Notes under the pieces: generated by a model | Seen by the model: the letters and a program-made list of their open reading frames with translations, nothing else | What the model was told of the DNA's origin: nothing | Databases searched by the model: none | Assembly (NCBI GenBank): GCA_015061665.1 | Contig: SUWC01000004.1 | Coordinates: forward strand, 17,275-81,274 | Source: Lentisphaerota bacterium | Lineage (GTDB): Bacteria; Verrucomicrobiota; Kiritimatiellia; RFP12; UBA1067 | Direction of reading: 5' to 3' | Length of the DNA stretch: 64,000 nt | Program-made: the position numbers and the translations under genes | Shown here: positions 38,694 to 46,801 of the stretch, in pieces | Position numbering within the stretch: the first letter of the stretch is position 1 | Layout: every line of letters starts with the position of its first letter

Positions 38694-39839
38694 ATGGCAT
38701 ACATAAAACGACGACTTGAAGAAAGCGTACGGCGGGCACTTGAGAGGAATCCGGTGGCTGCCGTGATAGGTCCGCGCCAGTGTGGAAAATCCACATTGGT
38801 GAAGCATCTCCGCGAAGATACGGTGCCATCCGTCTACCTCGACCTTGAACGGCCGTCCGACCTTGCAAAATTGTCCGATCCGGAATTGTTCTTTTCCCGT
38901 CACAAGGACAAACTTATTTGCATTGACGAAATACAGCGCAGAGGCGATTTGTTCCCGGTCATAAGAAGCCTTTGCGACGATTGGGGCGGCAACGGACATT
39001 TTCTTGTGCTCGGCTCCGCCTCGCGCGATCTCATCCGCCAGAGTTCCGAATCCCTGGCCGGACGCATCCGCTATGAACGGCTGACTCCGTTCCTTATTTC
39101 CGAACTTGACGGCGCAGACTGGACAAAGTGCCTTTCCCGAGGCGGATTTCCCCGCGCCTATCTCGCATCCGACGACGATGAATCGAATGAGTGGCATGAG
39201 TCTTTCATCCAGACGTTTCTCGAACGGGATCTTCTGTTCTGGCGTGACTTCGTACCGGAGACGATGCGGCGTCTCTGGAAGATGCTTGCGCACGAAAACG
39301 CCCAGATGATCAACTACTCTCGTCTTGCGGCATCGCTTGGCGTGTCCGACATGACAATCAGGCGATATGTCGATCTTCTCAAAGAGACTTTCATGGTAGA
39401 TGTCGTTCCGCCGTACATATCCAATCTCGGCAAGCGGCTCGTGAAAACGCCAAAAGTCTATCTCTGCGACACAGGGCTGACGTGCGCCCTCCTTGGACTC
39501 AAGTCTTTCGACGAACTTTACGCGCATCCCGCATTCGGAGGATGCTGGGAACAGATGGTTCTGGCAAATGTCAGGGGACTTTATCCAGACGCAGACGTCT
39601 CTTTCTACCGGACATCCGCCGGAGCCGAAATGGATTTTGTCGTCAAGAAAGGCCAGCGGACGGTGGCGCTCGAGTGCAAGGCGTCGTCTGCGCCCTCTGT
39701 CGGAAGGGGCACCTACAGCGCGCTTGACGCGATTCGCCCGGACGCAGCGTATGTCGTGGCACCTGTCGAAGAGACCTACGCGCTCAACGACAGAATCACG
39801 GCTATCCCGCTGTCCGGGCTTGGCGACATATTCGCTTGA
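38694..39839 (+). CDS. COG1373-type ATPase (AAA_14 + DUF4143)
   Basis: 381 aa with a GGAGG SD. Walker A GPRQCGKST, Walker B-like LICIDEIQ, and a C-terminal DUF4143-like region (YxxLLxxxF..., GAEMDFVV). Confidence 0.85.
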   Translation: MAYIKRRLEESVRRALERNPVAAVIGPRQCGKSTLVKHLREDTVPSVYLDLERPSDLAKLSDPELFFSRHKDKLICIDEIQRRGDLFPVIRSLCDDWGGNGHFLVLGSASRDLIRQSSESLAGRIRYERLTPFLISELDGADWTKCLSRGGFPRAYLASDDDESNEWHESFIQTFLERDLLFWRDFVPETMRRLWKMLAHENAQMINYSRLAASLGVSDMTIRRYVDLLKETFMVDVVPPYISNLGKRLVKTPKVYLCDTGLTCALLGLKSFDELYAHPAFGGCWEQMVLANVRGLYPDADVSFYRTSAGAEMDFVVKKGQRTVALECKASSAPSVGRGTYSALDAIRPDAAYVVAPVEETYALNDRITAIPLSGLGDIFA

Positions 39840-39858
39840 CGGCACCTTCATCTCCTTT

Positions 39859-39916
39859 CCGCGCCTACCTGACTGGGTGCTGCCGCTTTGGCGCGGAAAA
39901 GAAAAGCGGCGCACCC
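39859..39916. repeat. 58-nt structured repeat, copy 2 (20 nt after the ATPase stop)
   Basis: ccgcgcctacctgactgggtgctgccgctttggcgcggaaaagaaaagcggcgcaccc. Confidence 0.9.
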
Positions 39917-40474
39917 TCGAAATCCCGTCTCGTGGCAGGTGCCGCTAAGAACCTTAACGAAAAACGAGAAAGGAGGGTACGCCGCGTGATTGCCACGCGA
40001 CGCACCATCGTATTCGGTTTTTCGTTGTGTAAAGTTAGCGGCTTTGCCACGAAACCCAATACGCTGATGTTGCGTACATGCTGCGGGCGTCGGATGCGTT
40101 TCCGCAACTCCCTGGAACGGCGCGCTCGGTGATCGCGCCCTGCCAACGGCGACACGACGATCTTCTCGCGGCCTACCGTCGGCGGCGGCTTTATCGAAAC
40201 GGCCCTGCCGGGGTTTTGGCCAGCACACGGATGCGCCGGCCCGAAGGTTCTCCAAACATTGCAAAATAGGTCAGACCTTCTGTGCAGTGTTAGCGAACCA
40301 ATGACAAAGAACAAGTCGCCCCGCTTGCGCGGAACACCTATATTGTAGCAAAAAAACTTTCTTTTGTGCGCTTCGAAATTATCCACAAGAGTTTCCTCCA
40401 CATGGATATTTCCTGAAAATGCAAAAATCTGACAGGGGAATGTTAAAACACTCAGGACGTAATGCAAAAAAAAC

Positions 40475-41587
40475 TCAATACCAAGGTAGAAGACCCTGTT
40501 TCATGAGCTCCTTGGCTGCTTCCCTGTCGAGCAGTACGGACTCCCCCACCTCGTTCGTCGTTTCTATCATTGCGTCACGATACATGTCATACGTAGCGTC
40601 CAGCAACGCCTCGGCAATCGTATCCTTGATCAACGTCCTGTTTTCATTCTCTGTGCCCTCGATGACGCCCCGGTTCTCTTGCAGAGCTTCCGGCTGTGAA
40701 CACGACCAATCCTTTCGCGTCAATGCAGCTAAAATCGCCGATACGCCTACCGCCGCCAACACCACCGCGGCTGCACATGTCCACCATCTGGCCTCATGGC
40801 GGTGGCGCACTGCCCGCGCGAATTCGGAGACTGACGCATACCGCTGTTCGGGAATCGAACTTGTCGAACGCCTGATAATCCTGGCCCATGCCTTCGGCGG
40901 CTTCCCGTCAAAGCAGACATTCGCCAACATCCCGAGTGCATGGATGTCCGTCGCGGGGCCAATCTTGCCGCCCGCAAACTGCTCAGGCGCCGAAAACCCT
41001 GGAGTTCCGACGCCTACGGCACGCCCATCGACAACGGACACAGTGTCGCTGCACATCTGCGACACGTCCTCGTCTTCCTTCGCAAGCCCCAAGTCGATAA
41101 GAACGCATTCGCCGGTCGAAGGCCGCATCATCACATTGCGCGGCTTGATGTCACGATGGATGAATCCGCGCTTATGCAATTCCTCCACGGCGCGCGCCAC
41201 GCCGAGCACATAGGCGGCAACCGCCGCATCGCCGCGAGGGAGTTCCATCGGCTCAAGCAGTTCTTCGGTCAGGTAAAGACGCCCCGAATCTTCGCCCGCG
41301 TCATAGAACTTCGGGAACGCCGTGCCGGACAGCTCCGCCGCGAGCCGGGCCTCCCGCCTGAATCGCACACGGGCCTTGTCGCCGGCGCGATAAAGCACCT
41401 TCAATGCGCCGACAATTCCTGTTGCGGCATTTTCGGCGCGATATACTTCCGCGCTTCCGCCGCGGCCAAGGAAAGCAAGGGCCTTCCAGCCGCCGACTGC
41501 GGAACCGGGCGCCGCGCCCGGCGGCGGCTCGAAGCGCCCATGCTGGCGCAGGCGCCGCTCAAGCTCGCTTTCCGTCGCATCAGGCAT
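40475..41587 (-). CDS. Ser/Thr protein kinase with C-terminal TM anchor and short extracytoplasmic tail
   Basis: 370 aa: GRGGSAEVY, ALK, HRDIKPRNVMM, DLGLA, GTPGFSAPE, then the TM segment WWTCAAAVVLAAVGVSAILAAL. Confidence 0.9.
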   Translation of the reverse strand: MPDATESELERRLRQHGRFEPPPGAAPGSAVGGWKALAFLGRGGSAEVYRAENAATGIVGALKVLYRAGDKARVRFRREARLAAELSGTAFPKFYDAGEDSGRLYLTEELLEPMELPRGDAAVAAYVLGVARAVEELHKRGFIHRDIKPRNVMMRPSTGECVLIDLGLAKEDEDVSQMCSDTVSVVDGRAVGVGTPGFSAPEQFAGGKIGPATDIHALGMLANVCFDGKPPKAWARIIRRSTSSIPEQRYASVSEFARAVRHRHEARWWTCAAAVVLAAVGVSAILAALTRKDWSCSQPEALQENRGVIEGTENENRTLIKDTIAEALLDATYDMYRDAMIETTNEVGESVLLDREAAKELMKQGLLPWY

Positions 41588-42167
41588 CGCCAGCCTCCTC
41601 CAGTGTGCGCACGATTTCGCGGAGCCGTGCGAGCATGCGGCTCTTTGTCTTGTCGACGTTGTTGCGGTTTGTGCCGTATTCGGCAGCTACCTCGTCAGGC
41701 GAAACACCGTCAACAGTCAGCCGCTGGAATATCTGCTTCGACTTTTCGGGTATCTTGTCATCGTCCAGAATCTGCCGCATGGCGATTTCAAGAACCGCGT
41801 CCTTCCAGGAGTCCGAATCGTCCGGCGTGCCGAACGCCTCGCCTGCCTCAGCCAGTTCCTTTAATTCTGCCTTTGCAGTTCTTTCCTTAGTCGCTTTTTC
41901 GCACTGCTTCAGAGCCTTCCTGCGGAGAATGCCAGTGAGATAGTTCCTGAAGCGACCGGTCTCGTCCGGAGCGTACCGATAGCCGTGTATCACATTCGAA
42001 AGCGCAATCAACGTCTCCTGCACCGTGTCGTCGGCATCGACAGCCGGAAAATGTGACTTCATGTACGCCTGCATCATTGGTCGGTACCGGGCGACAAACT
42101 CCGTCCAGCGCGCATTCTCACCGTTTGCAATGCCTTTCAGAAGCGTAGTTGACGTTTCGGGTATCAT
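41580..42167 (-). CDS. ECF-type RNA polymerase sigma factor
   Basis: 195 aa: TSTTLLKGIANGENARWTEFVARYRPMM, region 2 DDTVQETLIAL, and a region 4 HTH. Its stop overlaps the kinase start by 8 nt. Confidence 0.9.
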   Translation of the reverse strand: MIPETSTTLLKGIANGENARWTEFVARYRPMMQAYMKSHFPAVDADDTVQETLIALSNVIHGYRYAPDETGRFRNYLTGILRRKALKQCEKATKERTAKAELKELAEAGEAFGTPDDSDSWKDAVLEIAMRQILDDDKIPEKSKQIFQRLTVDGVSPDEVAAEYGTNRNNVDKTKSRMLARLREIVRTLEEAGDA

Positions 42168-42289
42168 AGATGTTTCCCCTTATTGCGGGCCACAAGACGC
42201 GGGCAGACTGGAGACAAATCGGCCGAATCCGACAGCCGCCGTGCGGTCGCTTGCCTCCCATGACGACGACGGTAGCTGGGCGCGACGCT

Positions 42290-43591
42290 TCATTGCGGCT
42301 CCAAAATCCATTTCCAGACAGGTACTATCCTGATTCCGTCGGACTCGCGTTCTTCGTCCCATGTTACGACAGTGCAGTCTTGTACCTTGATTTCGCCTCT
42401 CGCATCTTTCAGCGCCGTCAACTCGCGCCGCACGGTCTCAGAATCCGAAAGCTCCCATGAAACTTGCACAAGACGGCGTTTCTTCGTCACCCTGTCAGTC
42501 ACAAGGAAGTCTACCTCGTCTCCTTTCCGGGTGTTGTAGTATTCGATCTTGTTGAACCCTCGCCGCAAGGCCATGAATACGAGATTCTCAAGAAGCCATC
42601 CACGGGACGCATCGCTCTTTGGTGTCACCGCGCGGGCAAGCCCGGTGTCGACGAGATAGAACTTGTCGGGGTTCATCCTCCGCACGGCAAGCGAATCCGT
42701 GCGAATCGGGACTCTGTAAACGAGATAGGCCTGCTCAAGCCAGTCGAGATAGTCCGCAATGTACTCACGGCTGTCGGAGAGCCCCAGTCCCTTCAAGACT
42801 CCGGATATCGCGCGAGTCGATATCTTATGCGCAAAATTATGCTTGATGTAATCCAGTGTGTAGCGAAGCGACTGCACGCTCGGCACATCATGACGCTCGA
42901 TAATATCCCGATAGAGCACGGCGTCAACATATCCCTGCAGCGTCTTCACGCGGATGCGGAAATCGTCGCCTTGTACATCCGGGAAACCGCCTTCTTCCAA
43001 GTATCGCTGCATCGCATGCCGCAGCACACCGGCCATCCGCGATGAGTATGGGGCCACCGGAATCTCCCCAACAAGGGCATTAAAGCGCAAGAACTCGGCA
43101 AAGGACAGCGGGAACACCTCGACGTCAATTGAACGGCCGCGCATTTGAGTCGCAATCTCGCCCGAGAGCATCTTCGACGACGATCCTGTCAGGCAGAGCT
43201 GCACCAAGTGCGAATCCAAAAGCCTGCGGGCATATAGCTCCCACCCGTCGATGTCTTGAAGTTCATCAAGAAAATACCAGCACCTCTCCCTTGCCGCCTC
43301 CGGAAACATCTCGGCATGGACGCCGCCAATCAGCTTCAGATGCTCAAGCTTGACGCCTTTTAGCCGATCGTCGTCAAAATTGACGTGGACAATCCGCTCC
43401 AGCGGAACGCCTTCCTCGACAAGCGCGCGCATCCTCTGGTATGTGACGTATGTCTTCCCCGTTCGCCGCATTCCAGTGACAACAGTCGCAGAATTACGCT
43501 TTTCAAAATAATCGACATCGCGAGGGCGAACGTCTTCGGGTATTCCGAATTCGTAAAACTCGCGCATTATCTCTCCAATGACTGCTTTCAT
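42290..43591 (-). CDS. COG1373-type ATPase (AAA_14 + DUF4143), second copy
   Basis: 433 aa: Walker A GMRRTGKT, WYFLDELQ, and a C-terminal GDEVDFLV block. Confidence 0.85.
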   Translation of the reverse strand: MKAVIGEIMREFYEFGIPEDVRPRDVDYFEKRNSATVVTGMRRTGKTYVTYQRMRALVEEGVPLERIVHVNFDDDRLKGVKLEHLKLIGGVHAEMFPEAARERCWYFLDELQDIDGWELYARRLLDSHLVQLCLTGSSSKMLSGEIATQMRGRSIDVEVFPLSFAEFLRFNALVGEIPVAPYSSRMAGVLRHAMQRYLEEGGFPDVQGDDFRIRVKTLQGYVDAVLYRDIIERHDVPSVQSLRYTLDYIKHNFAHKISTRAISGVLKGLGLSDSREYIADYLDWLEQAYLVYRVPIRTDSLAVRRMNPDKFYLVDTGLARAVTPKSDASRGWLLENLVFMALRRGFNKIEYYNTRKGDEVDFLVTDRVTKKRRLVQVSWELSDSETVRRELTALKDARGEIKVQDCTVVTWDEERESDGIRIVPVWKWILEPQ

Positions 43592-43598
43592 ACCATGA

Positions 43599-43607
43599 AT
43601 TATATCA
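43599..43607 (-). promoter_or_regulatory. Extended -10 box TGATATAAT, 7 nt upstream of ATG 43591 (leaderless-type)
   Basis: Forward attatatca at 43599-43607. Confidence 0.5.
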
Positions 43608-43646
43608 CGCCTTCGACTCCACCGTCAACAGTTCTGGCAAACTTTT

Positions 43647-43674
43647 TTAGCCATATCATATCTATTATGGCTAA
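43647..43674. promoter_or_regulatory. 9-bp perfect inverted repeat TTAGCCATA-10 nt-TATGGCTAA
   Basis: Located in the 213-nt intergenic region between the lipid-kinase stop and the ATPase promoter, flanked by T-runs. Confidence 0.25.
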
Positions 43675-43804
43675 ATTTCTTTGCCACGATGCAAACTCGT
43701 CTCGCTGCGAAACCGCCACCGAAAAGCAACCACGGGAAGCACAAACGGAATTTGCAACATCGCTACAGTAAAATTTGCACCCAATTTTACGGCGGCAATG
43801 TGAA

Positions 43805-44647
43805 TTAGGCAATCATCGCGAGGGAACGAGACGCAAAGGAAATTTCGACCGGCAATGCGCCGTGAGGGTCGCCGTCGTATTCAAGCGCGACTGACAAATT
43901 GGACGAGATGGCCGTTTTGCCGCGAAGGACGCGGATTTCTCCGCAGGGCTTGCCGCGATACAGATTCCAGACAATCCGCAAGCATCCGAAACGCGACACA
44001 TCCTTCGCAAACCAAAGCGCGTACTCGTCGTCGGCAAGCGGAGGGGGCGCAATCTTGAGTCCGCCGGCGATCCGCGATATCCGCGTAACGAGGGCATGGG
44101 CGACGTTGCAGATTTCCTCGCCGTTCACCATGATGTCATAGCGTCTGCCGCGCACGACTTCGCGCAGAACAGCCCAGAGCGTTCCAATGAAATCGCCGAA
44201 CTTCGGACGTAGCCGATTGGCAGATTCCGCAACCGCCGCGCCCATCCCCAGATTCATCGAACAAAAGAACGGCATGCCATTTGCCGCAAGAACGGGAATC
44301 TCTCGGACCGCGCCATTGCGCAAGACGGCGACTGCCTGTTCCGCATTCGTCGGGATGCCATGCGCACGGCAGAAATCCGGACTCGTGCCGGCGTAGATGA
44401 CGCCGAACTTGAGCGACGTGTCCGAATTCTCCAGAACTCCGCCAGCCACGGCGTTGATCGTTCCGTCGCCTCCGCAAGCGACTACTGCTTCATATCCCTT
44501 TGCCTCGCGCGCAAGACGCGACGCTTCCTCGATGTTCTTAAGGACTACAAACTCCCCTTCCGGCAGCAACTCACGAAGGCGCGGCAAAATGCGGCCGGAG
44601 CGTCCGCCGTGCGAAAGCGGATTGACCAAAACGAGAAATCGTTTCAT
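43805..44647 (-). CDS. Lipid kinase, DAGK catalytic-domain family (YegS/BmrU/sphingosine-kinase-like)
   Basis: The start was moved to ATG 44647 (MKRFLVLVNPLSHGGRSG), an ATGA overlap with the upstream stop. GGDGT motif (VVACGGDGTINAV). Confidence 0.8.
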   Translation of the reverse strand: MKRFLVLVNPLSHGGRSGRILPRLRELLPEGEFVVLKNIEEASRLAREAKGYEAVVACGGDGTINAVAGGVLENSDTSLKFGVIYAGTSPDFCRAHGIPTNAEQAVAVLRNGAVREIPVLAANGMPFFCSMNLGMGAAVAESANRLRPKFGDFIGTLWAVLREVVRGRRYDIMVNGEEICNVAHALVTRISRIAGGLKIAPPPLADDEYALWFAKDVSRFGCLRIVWNLYRGKPCGEIRVLRGKTAISSNLSVALEYDGDPHGALPVEISFASRSLAMIA

Positions 44648-45888
44648 CTGTAGATTCCCATTTTGTCGTAAACCTTCGTCGGCGTGCCGCCCTTCCAGCC
44701 GGCGACGAGTTCCTCCGTCTCTGCCCAAGGAAGAGGAAGTCTATCGCCCGCCTTCATCGCAATCTCGACAGCGCGGCGCTCGCACGTCCACTCCTCGCAC
44801 GGCACGGCGAACGCCTTGCGCATCCGCGCATACGCAGTCTCGAACGGCACCTCGTTGAGATTCCCGAAGGAGATGTTAACGAACTCGCACGGCTGGACGT
44901 CTCCGTTCGCGCCTACGTAGAAGCGGTCGATTCCGCCGCAGCAGCATCCGAGCATCTCCGCGGACTCCTCGTAGACCTGCGCCGTGAGAATCGTCGGGAT
45001 GCGCGACTTGGCGGAATTGTAGTGCCGCTGCGCGGCGCATGCGACGCGGACGGCTTCTGCGTGGAGCGACTTGTCGAACGCCTTGCCCATCCACGCGCCG
45101 CATGCCTTCGGATGGATAAGCTGGATGTAGTCGCAGTTGTTTTCCGCGGCAAGGTCCATGATGCGGTCGATTCCGCCGTCAACGACTTCACGGTCGGAAA
45201 GCACCGTATTGAACCCGACAAGCATTCCCGCTGCGCGGCAGTCGCGCAGGAAATCGAGCGCACGGCGCCAAGATTCGGCGACTCCCGTGAACGCATCGTG
45301 CGCTTTCTCGTCTACGGAGTGAATGGACGACATCACGCCCGTCACCTTCAGTTCCGCTAGGCGGCGAATCTTCTCCAGCGTCGCGCCGTGTCCCGTCGAA
45401 TTGACCCACACCTCAAGTCCCGCAATCTCCGTGAGAACCGCCTCAAGTCGTTCGAATCGGAGAAGCGGTTCGCCGCCTTCGACAGCCCACGCGACAATGC
45501 CGAAGTCGCGCATCTTGCGGACGTTCTCGACGAGGACGGGCAGTGGCAACTCGTGCGGGTCGTCCTTGCGCTGGTAGCAGTGCGGGCATTTGTACGCACA
45601 CGCCTTTGAAATCGAGAGAACGACGCTGACGGGGCGCGGCGGACGGCAGACGACCTTGTCCTCAAGGGCTGTGAAGAACGCCTGGGACGGATAGCGCGGC
45701 AGATAGAAGTCGAGCTTGTATTCGCCGGTCGCGAGACGCTTCAACTTGTGCTTGAAGAAGATGCGCGTCAGCTGCGACGCCTTCATGAGCGCTGCGGGAT
45801 GACGCCAGTACCGCCACGCGCACGCAAGCGACATGCGCACATAGAACAAGAACTTGCGGACCCCAGTTATGTTCTCATTCCTTTTCAT
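44644..45888 (-). CDS. Radical SAM enzyme with C-terminal SPASM/twitch-like Cys cluster
   Basis: The start was moved to ATG 45888 (MKRNENITG). CxxxCxxC in SKACAYKCPHCY. C-terminal CCCGGIDRFYVGANGDVQPCEF...CEEWTC. Confidence 0.8.
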   Translation of the reverse strand: MKRNENITGVRKFLFYVRMSLACAWRYWRHPAALMKASQLTRIFFKHKLKRLATGEYKLDFYLPRYPSQAFFTALEDKVVCRPPRPVSVVLSISKACAYKCPHCYQRKDDPHELPLPVLVENVRKMRDFGIVAWAVEGGEPLLRFERLEAVLTEIAGLEVWVNSTGHGATLEKIRRLAELKVTGVMSSIHSVDEKAHDAFTGVAESWRRALDFLRDCRAAGMLVGFNTVLSDREVVDGGIDRIMDLAAENNCDYIQLIHPKACGAWMGKAFDKSLHAEAVRVACAAQRHYNSAKSRIPTILTAQVYEESAEMLGCCCGGIDRFYVGANGDVQPCEFVNISFGNLNEVPFETAYARMRKAFAVPCEEWTCERRAVEIAMKAGDRLPLPWAETEELVAGWKGGTPTKVYDKMGIYR

Positions 45889-46801
45889 CGTTGTACCAGA
45901 GAAAGAGAAGCTGGATGGCGACAAGGGAGGCAATTTCAAATGGCCATGTGTCATAGAACCAAAATGCATGGAGAGACGCAACGCAAAGCTGGCAGTTAAG
46001 GCAGGTCGCGGCATGGTAGTTCCGTTTCTGGATGCAAATGAAATGCACTGCCGCAAGCACAGCAACGGCCAATGGCTGAAGAAACACCCAGTACGACTCG
46101 CCAAAGCCCAAAGCCACAATGCACGACATCGCCACCGCCAGCAGCGCCAGAAGCAATGTAACAGCCTTGGAGACAACGGACGGGAAAACTGTCTGGAGCG
46201 TCCGAACGCCTGCCGCGCGGTCTCCTGCGATATCCTTGTAGTAGCTGTTGTGGCACATTAGGAAGTGCTGAGGGAGAACCATGATTGCGACAATAAGGAA
46301 CCAAGACCAGTACGGCCTTTCCCATTCGCCGTAGACACCTGCGATAGCGTACAGCGCACAGCATGATATCGACGCGGCATAGACGAGGCAATTCAACACA
46401 GGCACTCGCTTCAGACGCGAATAAAGTATATTAAGGCATCCGCCTAGAATCAGGAACGGAATCGTCCAAAATGACATCCACGCGCTCGTGCCTGCAATGA
46501 CGATCAATATCGCGGCAGAGAGTGCGAACGCAGGACGAGGCGCCAATGCGCCGGTCACCATCGGGCGGTGCGGCGCGTTGATTGCATCCTCTTTCCTGTC
46601 GCACCAGTCGCTGAATATCTGGTTTGCACCCCAGGCAAGGAATCCCAATGCAATCATCGTGATTTCTTGCGCCGTCATCGGAAAAAAGGGCTCATCGTTT
46701 GCAAAGCGGGCAATGCACAGCCCCACCAACACGGTCGTCGCGGTGACGAATCCGTAGTAGAGCCGCATCGAGCGAAAGTAGTAGTAGAGAAACCTCAGCA
46801 C
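45875..46801 (-). CDS. UbiA-family prenyltransferase (polytopic membrane)
   Basis: Asp-rich motifs NQIFSDWCDRKEDAIN and YYKDIAGDRAAGVRTL, with about 8 hydrophobic spans. I prefer the GTG start at 46801, which overlaps the upstream stop. An alternative ATG is at 46768. Confidence 0.8.
   Translation of the reverse strand: MLRFLYYYFRSMRLYYGFVTATTVLVGLCIARFANDEPFFPMTAQEITMIALGFLAWGANQIFSDWCDRKEDAINAPHRPMVTGALAPRPAFALSAAILIVIAGTSAWMSFWTIPFLILGGCLNILYSRLKRVPVLNCLVYAASISCCALYAIAGVYGEWERPYWSWFLIVAIMVLPQHFLMCHNSYYKDIAGDRAAGVRTLQTVFPSVVSKAVTLLLALLAVAMSCIVALGFGESYWVFLQPLAVAVLAAVHFICIQKRNYHAATCLNCQLCVASLHAFWFYDTWPFEIASLVAIQLLFLWYNDEKE

Noticed and set aside
38490-39914. 474-aa minus-strand ORF covering the whole COG1373 ATPase locus.
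   Set aside because: It is antisense to a gene with clear Walker motifs and its own promoter and SD. Its sequence has no recognisable motifs. It exists mainly because both 58-nt repeats happen to be followed by an SD-like purine run on the minus strand.
38507-39916. The 58-nt direct repeats as a CRISPR array or integron attC sites.
   Set aside because: There are only two copies, 1.3 kb apart, and they enclose a full protein gene rather than a short spacer. No cas genes are present. I could not find RYYYAAC / GTTRRRY core sites, and no integron integrase is present.
39865-40467. 200-aa minus-strand ORF, and a 49-codon GTG ORF after AGGAGG at 39985, in the long gap.
   Set aside because: Both have a basic, low-complexity composition, no motif, and no conservation evidence available. 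I treat the region as non-coding or decayed (see findings).
32315-43640. Shared short strings (TCATACCAT, ACCGTCAA) near 32320-32360 and 43588-43630 as possible att sites delimiting an island.
   Set aside because: The first string is just the recurring -10 box context. The spacing between the two strings differs (11 versus 24 nt). At 8-9 nt, matches of this size are expected by chance.
43647-43674. The AT-rich inverted repeat as a Rho-independent terminator of the lipid-kinase gene.
   Set aside because: On the minus strand, the direction of the kinase gene, the stem is followed by A-rich rather than U-rich sequence. It is kept only as a low-confidence regulatory palindrome.
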